64,000 nucleotides of DNA from Naegleria gruberi (lineage: Eukaryota): NCBI GenBank assembly GCA_000004985.1, contig GG738896.1; one strand, 5' to 3'. The notes beneath the pieces are model-generated. The model made no database searches, was not told the origin of the DNA, and worked only from the letters and a program-made list of their open reading frames with translations. Positions within the stretch are counted from its first letter, which is position 1, and every line of letters starts with the position of its first letter. Shown here piece after piece: positions 10,038 to 19,729 of the stretch. Made by a program: the position numbers and the translations under genes.

Positions 10038-11168
10038 CTTTATGTTTAGTTTCGAATAGAATGATAAATCAACTAAATCCTTTCTTCTAACACAAAATGA
10101 AAGAGTCTATAGTTTAACAAGTTGTTTGTTTTTTTTAAAGTGTGTTTGGCTTCCTTATCAGAAACCATACGAAAAGCTATGAATCGAATAGCGAGAGATA
10201 TCTTTCCACAGTATTACTTGCGATCTTAGAAGAGAAAACTCGGTCATTGTATTCACCTCTCAATTATTCATCATTCACAAATGTCATCCAATTAAAATAA
10301 AGTTTGCATTTTTGGTTTGAATAAAAAATCAAACCTTTCCAATAAATTTTTTTAGCAATACGAAAGAGGCAACCCAAACTGTGACCATGTTTGGACTATG
10401 GAGAAATGTTGTTTGTATACGAATCATTGTATGAAGGCTCTTTGTGCATTACAACAAATTATTCGAAACTTGTCAATACATTGTGAAACTTCTTAATTAT
10501 CAAAATTGGTCTTTAATTGAAACTTATTTCACAATTTAAATATTGAATGTTACCTATACAGTTTCAAGCCTTTCCAAAATTCGAATAGCAAACCAGTTTA
10601 GTCTGAAAACGCAAAGGCTCATGTAACATGTTACTTGACCAAATATGAATACCAAAACAAAAGGTCACATCACTTGAATGTTCTCTAACCAAATATCAAT
10701 CCTGTAAATTTTTTCAATAAATACATTCTATCGGATTTTGAGAAACTACGGTTTTTAACATTATTGAATTACACTCATAAATTTCCTTAATAAACATTTC
10801 CACTTATCCTAAATGAAATTTGTTCATGTATTCAAACTCTTGAAAAGTGCCAAAACCCTGGTATTATTTCAGTTTCTGCAATAATTCACAAAATTTTGAA
10901 AAGACTAAATCCATCATTCGTATCATTGTTCGAAGGTCATCAAAGGCCATCAAAGACTGTGCCTGATCTAAAAAAGGAAACCGTAGTGTGTTTCCTTCCT
11001 TTTTAATTCTTGGAGAGGTACATCATCTATCTGTTTTTCAATGCAAAATAATCTGTTTTACATAGCTGGACTTTATGTTCTATCGAACAAAAGAACAAAA
11101 CAATTTTAATAAAAAGGCAAGACAAGCAACAACACGCACAATGATCAAGACCAATTTTCGTTCCGAAT

Positions 11169-12390
11169 ATGCTAAGCATGAGTCCACCACGATTGATTCC
11201 GAACATAATTAATCTTGATGATGATGATGATGAAGATTTGATGCAATTTTCATCATCGTCTCCTTTGCAAGACGATACTAACATCATCATCGCAAAATAT
11301 TTGGAAAATACATCAGATAAGGAAAATACTTCTGATAATGAATCGACTCGCACCACTCGTACAAGTGAAACGTTGCACTCTTCTTGGGAGAATGACACAC
11401 TATCCGAGTTATCGATGAATTCAATCTTAACAAAGCAAACAGAAGCATCCGATAATGAAGATGAAGACCTTGAGGAAGATGAAATGGAGACTAATGGATC
11501 GGAAGAAGAAACTGAAGAAGAAGAAGTAATTCAGAAAAAGAGAAGGCATGGGGAAGTTGTGAGTAAATCTAAAAGGATCAAGACAGAAGGAGAAACTAAT
11601 GAACACCACATTCCTTCACACCTACTTCTCACCTTAGGCCAAACACTTTTCATTCCATATGCAGGCGATTCTGTTTTGATTGGAAACTTATTAGACTCAA
11701 TGGTTGGCTTATCTGTTGAAGAAATGCTCGAACAAGATATGGTAAAGATGGTTCTCTCTGTAATGCAACCAAAGGAAGCTGCTGAGGAAGAATGGAATCA
11801 AAGATTGAATGAGGATAAATCAACGCAATGGACAGCTTTATTAGATACCTATCCAAAGTAAGTATTGGAATATCTCTCTCTATTAATTAACACGAATCAG
11901 ATTGAAAGAATACAGCATGTTCAATTTAAAGTATGTTCATGTGAAGGAATGCCTTGAGAACGATTTTGAATTAAGGAACAAATTTGGATATGTATACACT
12001 ATTGAAGATGAAGATGACAATATTATTTTGTGGATTGAATGTGAAAATGGAGACAAGTATGTGGATAAAGTCAGTCTTAGATCACATTTAAAGAAAAAGC
12101 GTTTGAGATCTGACAAACCACATTACAAAACAAACTGTTCTACATTTACCCAGCTACTTCTTAAGAGTTTACCATATCAAGCTGAAAAGATAATAGCAAA
12201 TGGTTACAATGAGGTGGCATTCATAAATGTTGAGGAGGCCACTAAAAGATATGGTGCATTCATTCTTCAAGACAAATACAAGTTGGATTTCAGTAAATTG
12301 GGATTAAAGGAATACCAGGTAAAAAAGAATAGAAGTAAGAAAGCAAGTAAGGAAAAGGAAGAAAAGAAATCAGTTAGCAAAAAACCATAA
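11169..12390 (+). CDS. hypothetical acidic (Asp/Glu/Ser-rich) protein in two exons, about 11169..11857 and 11901..12390, with a 43-nt intron
   Basis: ORF 11169-11861 ends at a TAA inside aaagtaagt. The acceptor cag at 11898-11900 joins in phase to ORF 11902-12390, whose track start is TTG. Confidence 0.5.
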
Positions 12391-13498
12391 TTTCCATTGA
12401 ATCGCCATCACTTGTTGTAACATAGCAAAACCCTGTATAATTATCAATGAAAATATTTTGAATATTTGTAAATGAATCAATTTCAAATAGTTTTTTTCCT
12501 TGATCAGAAAAAACGTGCATTACATTAGTTGTACACAAATAAATGCTCTGAGAAATACAATCATAATCCATACAGAGTCCCTCATATTCATATGAAAATG
12601 TTTTTGGTTGTTTCCATTCTTGTCTAGAATCAAAAGTGTGAAATCCAATTTCATTATTGTGGTTACCAAGCTCTGTGCAAACTAGACTAAGAGTGTAGGG
12701 ATTGTATGAAATTCCAAAAAGAAAAAGGAATGTTCCAAATTTTGGAACACCATGATAAATTTCGTATAATAATTCACCATTAAGAGAATTTAGAAATTTG
12801 AAACCCTCCCTTGATCCAACTATAATTGCACTCGATCCATTCAATGAATTCATTTCCTTAATTTTCCCCAACATGGGATGTCCTCTCTCCATCAAACTCA
12901 ATGAAAAACCCTTTCCTATCTCAGAAATCCACACACATTCCTCAAGTCGAAGTGTAGTTTCCTTTCCAGAATAATCTCCAATAAATCGAGTTAAATCAAA
13001 CAAAGCAACTCCCTTATTAGTTGATAATATTGCAACCAATGAATCATTTCTCTCCTCCAAAATTAAAGTAAATGCAAAACTATCAAACCGCACTGTATTC
13101 ATCACTTTCAATTCCTCTCTCCTATATTCTCCCTTATTTTCCGTATTCAAATTATTATTATTATGTTCAATACTATTATTAATCATTGATGAAGATGAAC
13201 AGAATGTAACTCGATTTCCACATTCAATAAAACAAATCACTTGTTCCTCCTTATACATTTTACCATGCAACACATGTAACGTAAAATCTTCCATGGTTTG
13301 TTGATTGCATACTATCGTCTTTACATGCTTAAATTGATTAGAGAAGGCTTTCCGAATAGGTGAAGGCTTTCGGAATTGTTGGATAAGTCTCGGACAAGGC
13401 TGAAAATTAAAATCTACTAATTGTATAGTACATAATGATGTCGAAGAGGTTTCTTCATGTTTAAAATTGTTGAATTTTCTCTTCTTTGCTTGTTGCAT
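12374..13498 (-). CDS. hypothetical protein, possibly a distant beta-propeller paralog of the 850..2416 gene
   Basis: The 374-codon ORF has a central Asn-rich tract. Its end overlaps the preceding + strand gene by about 17 nt in a convergent arrangement. Confidence 0.45.
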   Translation of the reverse strand: MQQAKKRKFNNFKHEETSSTSLCTIQLVDFNFQPCPRLIQQFRKPSPIRKAFSNQFKHVKTIVCNQQTMEDFTLHVLHGKMYKEEQVICFIECGNRVTFCSSSSMINNSIEHNNNNLNTENKGEYRREELKVMNTVRFDSFAFTLILEERNDSLVAILSTNKGVALFDLTRFIGDYSGKETTLRLEECVWISEIGKGFSLSLMERGHPMLGKIKEMNSLNGSSAIIVGSREGFKFLNSLNGELLYEIYHGVPKFGTFLFLFGISYNPYTLSLVCTELGNHNNEIGFHTFDSRQEWKQPKTFSYEYEGLCMDYDCISQSIYLCTTNVMHVFSDQGKKLFEIDSFTNIQNIFIDNYTGFCYVTTSDGDSMEIMVFC

Positions 13499-13562
13499 TT
13501 TTTTTAATTATTAAATTAATATTAAAATCTTTACAAAATTATTAAATATTATTAAATAGTTT

Positions 13563-14830
13563 TTATAATTGTTCTTCTTGTTGTTTTTGTTCTTCAGTAG
13601 TGTATTCATAAACATAATCAGTAATAATTTCCTTAGCTTCATCAGATAAATATTTAGAAATTGCTTTCTGGTCAACTTTAGCGAGAGAATCCCACTCATT
13701 CGAATGTTCCTTCTTGAAATCTGCCAAAATATCCTGAACAAACAAAGCCAAACACTTATTTCTCAATTTAAATGAAGTGATAATATTACCAATTTTGGAA
13801 ATGGCAGATTCCAATCGATTATCATTCAAATATTGAACTATTAAATCGAATACTGGAGTGGAAACAGATTCATTATCAAAGGTTGGCTTTTTGGTTTTTT
13901 TTCTAGGTCTTGGTGGCTTTTTTGGTTGCACAACTTCCTTAAATGCTTCATTCTTCTTCTTGATAATAAATCGTTCTCCCTTTTCCTTTGTGAACATATC
14001 TCTGATTGGCTTAATAACCACTCCTTCACAGATATTTGGACATGATTCAACGAGTGGGAGGTTGTAGAATAATTGTGGAATTTTGGTTGGATAATTGCAA
14101 TCGTATTCTAAACATTCTTCCAAAGTTCCTCTCATCACTTCTTTGGCATATCGAGAAATTCCACATTCAGTGAGTAATTGAATCATCTTGTCATAGGCCA
14201 AATAGAATCCTTCTTCCTTCTTTGTTTCTACATTTAATCCAAATACATAGACATCGAACATATAGAAATCATAATCAGGAGTATAATACACATGTTTTTG
14301 AATTGGATATCTTCCTTTTACATTTTCTATTTGATCATGAGGATATTGACCTCCAAAACTATTTCAAGAATTCCAAAATAAATAAATTTTACACTTAAGG
14401 ACACTTACATTTCTCCATAGAAATTAGCTCTTCTCACCTTAAAATTATCATTCGAATAGATATCACAAATACTCTTAAAAACCTTCTTTATCTGTTCCTC
14501 ATATCTATTCCTCACAATCTCCACAGCCTCAGGAAAGAAATCGTCATCTTCATGAGGTGATTTTTTCTTCTTTTGTTTTTCCTCTTCATCCAATCCAACA
14601 TATTGTCTTCGGGATGCAACCTGGCATTGAATATCTTCCACAAGACACGAATTGGCAGTCTGATAATTATCCCTCCACATTACAAAACTAAAATTACATC
14701 CATGAATCTTTTCAGAGACAACCCAAGGAATTGATGGATCATAATTCTCATCACGGATTAAATTCTTGGCAAATTCTTGATAGTGATTCTCGATGGAACT
14801 GTACGCTTTGAAATGATGTTGATTCTTCAT
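13563..14830 (-). CDS. Rnl2-family ATP-dependent RNA ligase in two exons, about 14830..14409 and 14310..13563, with an intron of about 98 nt
   Basis: The protein carries nucleotidyltransferase motif I EKIHGCNFSF (T4 Rnl2 has KIHGTN), motif III-like FDVYVFG, motif IV CEGVVIKP and motif V RFIIKKKNEAF. Exon 1 ends with at|gtaagt. The acceptor ag precedes a TATCCA... that restores the frame of ORF 14291 (GTG). Confidence 0.7.
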
Positions 14831-15012
14831 GAGTTTATTGTTGGATGTTTTTTTCTTGTTGATTTACTTGAATTTTGTTGGCGCCAAATGTTGTGAAGTT
14901 CAAAGTGCAAACTCAGATTAGCACTTGAAGTATCACTTGGGATTTGCATTTAATAACTAAGCTCATTGAAATCTCACAAATTACTCACTTTATTTGAAGT
15001 TAATAGGAACAA

Positions 15013-15960
15013 TTAAATGGCAGTTCCAGTTTCAGTCAATTGACCAAGACATTGTCTAGCTCCAACCTTTGAAATGGTTGGCCAAACTTGATTATCAATC
15101 TTATCAATCTTTGTCTTGTTCAAAACAATGACCTTCATATATTGTAAATAATAGTAAAGTTCCTTATCTGATTTTTCACATTCTCTCAATTTCTTATCCA
15201 AATCAGAGATGGAACGACCCAAACAATTCAACTTGACATTTCCTCCCCAAACATCTTTCAACCATCCACCAAATTTGTTCATGGTAATTCTGTCAGAATA
15301 AATTGGGACGAATTGATATTCGAATTTGGTGAATTCCTTTCTAGCAATAAGTTCTGAAACGAATTTTGCAACATCTTCATAATTGGAAATTTCAAATTCT
15401 TCATCACCAGTTCCATAGAAATTCAAAGCATGTTTCTTAGTATCGACAATGAAGGAAACTTGGAGCAACTTTTCAATAAAGATACCACACAAGATGGAAA
15501 TCCATTTCAATTGAGTATTCTGATTCAAGAGTGCGTGAACCTTCTTTCTTACATCAATTCTAGGCAACATTTCTGTATTATCAAGTTTAGTAAAATCAAT
15601 ACTAAAGTCAGATGGAATGTAATACTTGACGTTGGCCTTGATACATGATTCAATGACACGAGTTTCAGCTTTCAATTCTTCTTCATGATCGAAAAAGTTC
15701 ATACAATTCAACACCAAAGTGAAATCTTTGAGAATATTAACGAAATCTTCACATGAATCTTTCAAGACATCGAAACAGAAAATCTTTCCATTAAGCTTCT
15801 TCTCCCATACGTTCAATTTGTCACGACTTTCGGATGGAACTAACAAGGAGCATTTAACATCTTTTTGATGATTTTCGCACAAGTTTTTGACTATTTGGCA
15901 ACCAAGATGACCGGAAGCACCAAGGATTAGGACATTCAAATCAGAGATTTTAGATTCCAT
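15013..15960 (-). CDS. NmrA-like / isoflavone-reductase-like NAD(P)-binding protein
   Basis: The N-terminal Rossmann motif VLILGASGHLGCQIV is present. Overall similarity is to NmrA/PCBER-type atypical SDRs. The 315-codon ORF is intact. Confidence 0.65.
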   Translation of the reverse strand: MESKISDLNVLILGASGHLGCQIVKNLCENHQKDVKCSLLVPSESRDKLNVWEKKLNGKIFCFDVLKDSCEDFVNILKDFTLVLNCMNFFDHEEELKAETRVIESCIKANVKYYIPSDFSIDFTKLDNTEMLPRIDVRKKVHALLNQNTQLKWISILCGIFIEKLLQVSFIVDTKKHALNFYGTGDEEFEISNYEDVAKFVSELIARKEFTKFEYQFVPIYSDRITMNKFGGWLKDVWGGNVKLNCLGRSISDLDKKLRECEKSDKELYYYLQYMKVIVLNKTKIDKIDNQVWPTISKVGARQCLGQLTETGTAI

Positions 15961-16148
15961 TGGAAATGATTATGATGTAATTTTTTCTCAATGCAAATAT
16001 GAGTTTCTTATATAATTGTTGTCTTTAAAGGAAATCAACTTTTTCATTTTTGGAAAATTAACAATTTTGGCAAGAGTATTGAATTGATAATTTCCATTTT
16101 CTAAATAATTGTTAATTGTTCCAACCCTTTTTTGAAGAAATTCTGGAT

Positions 16149-17312
16149 TCAACAATTATTCATACGGTAAGCAAATGCATACTGAAGAGGAAATTGTAAA
16201 TCTTGAATTGAATCTTCCTTTGAACTAATCTCAAAATAAACTAATTTTGCATTTGAGAATTTCATTGCATCATTATATGTGGGCACAAGTTCAGCAATAT
16301 ATTCAGAAATTACTTGTTGAGAGACTTGTCTTTTCAAATCCCTCTTCATTCCCAAAATAATAAACAGTATGCTATCTTTTCTGGTATCTTCTTTCATTTC
16401 TCTGAAAATGTAAAATTGCTGGTCCAAATCGACAACTTGTTTTTTCATATCCTCAAATGAGGCGGAATCACTCAAATCAAAGCAGAAGAAAACAACACGG
16501 GCTCCTCTATAGTAAGATAATGAGTTATGTGAAAATTGTGGATCACCACTTGTGTCCCAAATTAGAAATTTCATCATACATTGACTATCGTTAAAGTATT
16601 TCGGATAGAATTCCACGCCAATTGTTGGACGATATATACTGCTAAATTCTGATTGGTGTAACCTTTTCAAATATTCACTCTTTCCACATTTCATAGGTCC
16701 TAACAATGTCACATTATGGAGATAGTCAATTTTCTTCTCTGGACGAGATTGACTCTTTCGAATTTCACTCATAAATCTTTCATACAATAAAACATAATCC
16801 CGTGGATGCACCATCTGCATCTGACTCTTCTCGTATGCAACTGGTTTGAAATGTATCCAAGTTTCATTGGCAAGCTTATTCAATTCTTGTCGCCAAAAAA
16901 TATCCAATCCCGACCAAACGTTGAAACTCTTTGAAACTCTTTCCATCATTATAACATCAAAGATTGTAAGATAATCCATAATGTGCATTTTCATCTCATC
17001 AGGTAATTTGATAATTAAAATTCCTAATTTTGTTGTTATTATTGAATTGTTAGTTTCATCATGTATACTATCAATTTGTTGTTGTTCATTGAAATTTTCA
17101 TCATGATCACAATTAATTAATTGATTATTATTCCGATCATCTTGAGAAATTAAATTATTCTCTTCTTGCTGTTCCGATGTGTTGGGAAGACTTTGAACCA
17201 ATGCTGAATATCTCGCTGATGAAACCAATTTCCAATGCGAAAATTGTTGATATCTTGAAAAATCGATTACCTTTCTAGTACTACTTGCTGGCGGCACTTG
17301 TTTTTGTCCCAT
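16149..17312 (-). CDS. F-box domain fused to a Rab-like small GTPase domain
   Basis: An F-box is present (LPDEMKMHIMDYLTIFDVIMMERVSKSFNVW). The GTPase motifs are G1 LLGPMKCGKSEY, switch I YRPTIGVEF, G3 WDTSGDP (Q replaced by D), YYRGARVVFFCFDLSD, G4 LGMKRD (NKxD replaced by MKRD) and G5 EISSK. Confidence 0.65.
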   Translation of the reverse strand: MGQKQVPPASSTRKVIDFSRYQQFSHWKLVSSARYSALVQSLPNTSEQQEENNLISQDDRNNNQLINCDHDENFNEQQQIDSIHDETNNSIITTKLGILIIKLPDEMKMHIMDYLTIFDVIMMERVSKSFNVWSGLDIFWRQELNKLANETWIHFKPVAYEKSQMQMVHPRDYVLLYERFMSEIRKSQSRPEKKIDYLHNVTLLGPMKCGKSEYLKRLHQSEFSSIYRPTIGVEFYPKYFNDSQCMMKFLIWDTSGDPQFSHNSLSYYRGARVVFFCFDLSDSASFEDMKKQVVDLDQQFYIFREMKEDTRKDSILFIILGMKRDLKRQVSQQVISEYIAELVPTYNDAMKFSNAKLVYFEISSKEDSIQDLQFPLQYAFAYRMNNC

Positions 17313-17532
17313 TTTTTGTAATGCTTTCCTTTACTAGCATCACACATGGTAGAACAAACAAACTCGGCTTGTTACCTGCCTGGATGATCCTTCCACCCGT
17401 TAGTTACCTTAATATTTTTCAAATTGTCTTCTTGCAAGGCTTGTAAATTTTTTTGGCGAACAAGACTCTGCGGTAATTAAGCTTGAACTATTAAATGATT
17501 GGAAAGATATAAAAAATAATAAAACAATCATC

Positions 17533-18327
17533 ATGATGATGAAGATGGAATGTCCACTCATGTTTCTTCAAGAGGAGGTGGGAGAATTCAGTACCACTGT
17601 ATATTTCAGAGTAGCAGCATCTCAATCCGAACACCAACTCCCAACTAACTATTTTGAACCTATAAGGAGTGAGGTAATTATTGATAGTTACTTTGAAATT
17701 CCACCCTTTTGCTTACTAGAGGTGGATGGTGATTGGCCAATGGCAAGACTAATCTTTTCAGATTTGAATACATGTAAAGAGGACTTTATTTTGAAGAGTA
17801 AGAAACGAGAAGGCAACCAAATCACTGACGATTCACTAGTTCACTTTAATGTTAAACATTATGGCAGTAGCACAGATCTTGTGAATGCAATTTTGGAGAA
17901 TAAGAAAGATAAGTTAGCATTTGTGAAATCTAGTGTTTGCCAACGATTCATTGCCACCACTCACATTCTGAGATATGTACTGCAACACAAAACAGACCCA
18001 CAAGTTGAATTGCAACTGTGCAGTCTAAAGATTGGACTCGAGTATTATAATTTCGGTAAGATTAAGGTGGGAAGAAAGTGTGATGCAAATGAAATGGAAA
18101 CCTTTTTCAGTCAATTGAATCCAATGGAATTGCAATACATTATTCCAGCAAATAGTCCTGTTATTAGAAAAATGCAAAGTGAAAAATCCCTCCTTCTCCA
18201 GACCATACCATCCTCTCAAATCTACCACTTTATAGACACATCATTATCTGAAAGTCCTCTTCACTTTAAACATGAAAAATTTAATGACATTCTATTAGAA
18301 ACTCTAGAAGAAGTTTCTGAATACTGA
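17533..18327 (+). CDS. hypothetical protein, 264 aa
   Basis: An intact ORF begins at an ATG in an A/T-rich context. I recognise no family. Confidence 0.4.
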   Translation: MMMKMECPLMFLQEEVGEFSTTVYFRVAASQSEHQLPTNYFEPIRSEVIIDSYFEIPPFCLLEVDGDWPMARLIFSDLNTCKEDFILKSKKREGNQITDDSLVHFNVKHYGSSTDLVNAILENKKDKLAFVKSSVCQRFIATTHILRYVLQHKTDPQVELQLCSLKIGLEYYNFGKIKVGRKCDANEMETFFSQLNPMELQYIIPANSPVIRKMQSEKSLLLQTIPSSQIYHFIDTSLSESPLHFKHEKFNDILLETLEEVSEY

Positions 18328-18408
18328 GAATAAAGTAATACAACATGTGAAAGTAATATATTTAAAGTTTATATTCACTTCAAATATAGTATTATTTCCA
18401 TAAAAAAT

Positions 18409-19314
18409 TTAAGCATTGAAACCAGCAGCTCTAACAACTTGTGCAGAGGTGTATGATGAAACACTGAATCCAGAATCATTAACTTCGAAAACACCATTAG
18501 AGTAACTCTTAGCCAAAACCCAATGTCCACCATTTCTGACGTTCAAAATGACAACCTTTCCTTGACAGACCCAATTGATAATAGCTTGCTTATCAGTAGT
18601 TTGTCCAAGATAATTGAATCCAAGTCTAGAAACAGCTCCCCAAACAAACAAATTTCCATAATAACCTCCATTCTTCAACAAGTATTGGTTCAATTGACCT
18701 GGGTTCATTGAACTCTTTCCTCTACCATTCAAAGCAGAACAAACTGAATTCATCAAACAACCAACTTGACAAATAGTGGAAGAACTTCCAAGTCTATCAC
18801 CACCCCATCTAGAATCACATTGTTTAAAGAGTGGATAATTGTAATTTTGTCTACAACCAGATGTAGAACCACCACCACCACCTCCATTTTGAACAACAGT
18901 TAAGAAATTAGAGGCAGCATAACCAGTTCCAAAACTACCAGAAACCTTATACCAAGTATAACCACATCCACTTTGGACTTCACCAGTGAATTTGACAACT
19001 TGACCATTTCCAAGAGTAGTAATAATTGATTTACCAGTGCATGGTCCACTTCTGACATTCAAAGCAGTGGTTGCTTTCAAGGAAGCTCCACTAGCAATTG
19101 ATGAATCAGATTCGGCATCTGACATTTCGAAATCTTCTTCAGATTCGGATTGAACACTTTGAATGGCATTAATTGGAAGATCAATAGCGAAATTGGTGGC
19201 CAATGAAGGTTCTCCAACCAATTTGACACTTCTATTGTTTGGATAAGCACGTTGACAAGAGACAACGACAGCAAATGTCAAGAGCAATAAAATTCCCACG
19301 AAGATTTTGTTCAT
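18409..19314 (-). CDS. secreted bacterial-type cell-wall hydrolase candidate: signal peptide, SH3b-like domain, poly-Gly linker, then papain-fold (peptidase C39-like) domain
   Basis: The likely start is MNKIFVGILLLLTFAVVVSC at 19314. The SH3b-like segment is GPCTGKSIITTLGNGQVVKFTGEVQSGCGYTWYKV. The linker GGGGGGS is encoded by a ggtggtggtggtggt run at about 18870-18890. A Cys/His peptidase pattern follows (CDSRWGG...CQVGCLMNSVCSALNG...GGHWVLAKS). Confidence 0.65.
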   Translation of the reverse strand: MNKIFVGILLLLTFAVVVSCQRAYPNNRSVKLVGEPSLATNFAIDLPINAIQSVQSESEEDFEMSDAESDSSIASGASLKATTALNVRSGPCTGKSIITTLGNGQVVKFTGEVQSGCGYTWYKVSGSFGTGYAASNFLTVVQNGGGGGGSTSGCRQNYNYPLFKQCDSRWGGDRLGSSSTICQVGCLMNSVCSALNGRGKSSMNPGQLNQYLLKNGGYYGNLFVWGAVSRLGFNYLGQTTDKQAIINWVCQGKVVILNVRNGGHWVLAKSYSNGVFEVNDSGFSVSSYTSAQVVRAAGFNA

Positions 19315-19729
19315 TTTTTTTGTGATGATTTTTTGGCAGTTGAAAGGTTGAATATTAAAATCAAATTGCTGCTCAGCCAATACGGATAATAAACATGAAC
19401 GAGATGGTAATGAAAGAATAAAAATAGAATGTTAAATAATTGGGGCATTATGATATTGAGGGGGCATTGAAACGAATCGAATAGAAAATGTGCATTTATT
19501 CCAAACAAAATACTAAGTGATGCTTGAAAGGTAATCTTGCGCTGGAGTAACCGACAACATGATCTTGAAATGCATGCTTGTTGTTTGAAGAAGGTGGTTA
19601 TTGTAATAGTTTGTGATTGTTCAAATGGATGTTAGATAGAGAAATTTCAATCTTTTTGCATCTACAGTTCTATCAAATAACTTCTTTCCAATATTCGAAT
19701 AAGATTTTTACAAAATATACAATAGGATT

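Noticed and set aside
10966-11006. Rho-independent transcription terminator (stem-loop plus T-tract)
   Set aside because: The genome is eukaryotic, as shown by spliceosomal introns and eukaryote-only gene families. The hairpin is kept only as a possible regulatory or RNA element.
18409-19380. Shared MNKIF N-terminus of the two secreted proteins (6612 and 19314) as evidence of a common exon or duplication
   Set aside because: ATGAATAAAATT is simply the favoured A-rich start context followed by a hydrophobic signal peptide. Similarity ends after 5 residues.
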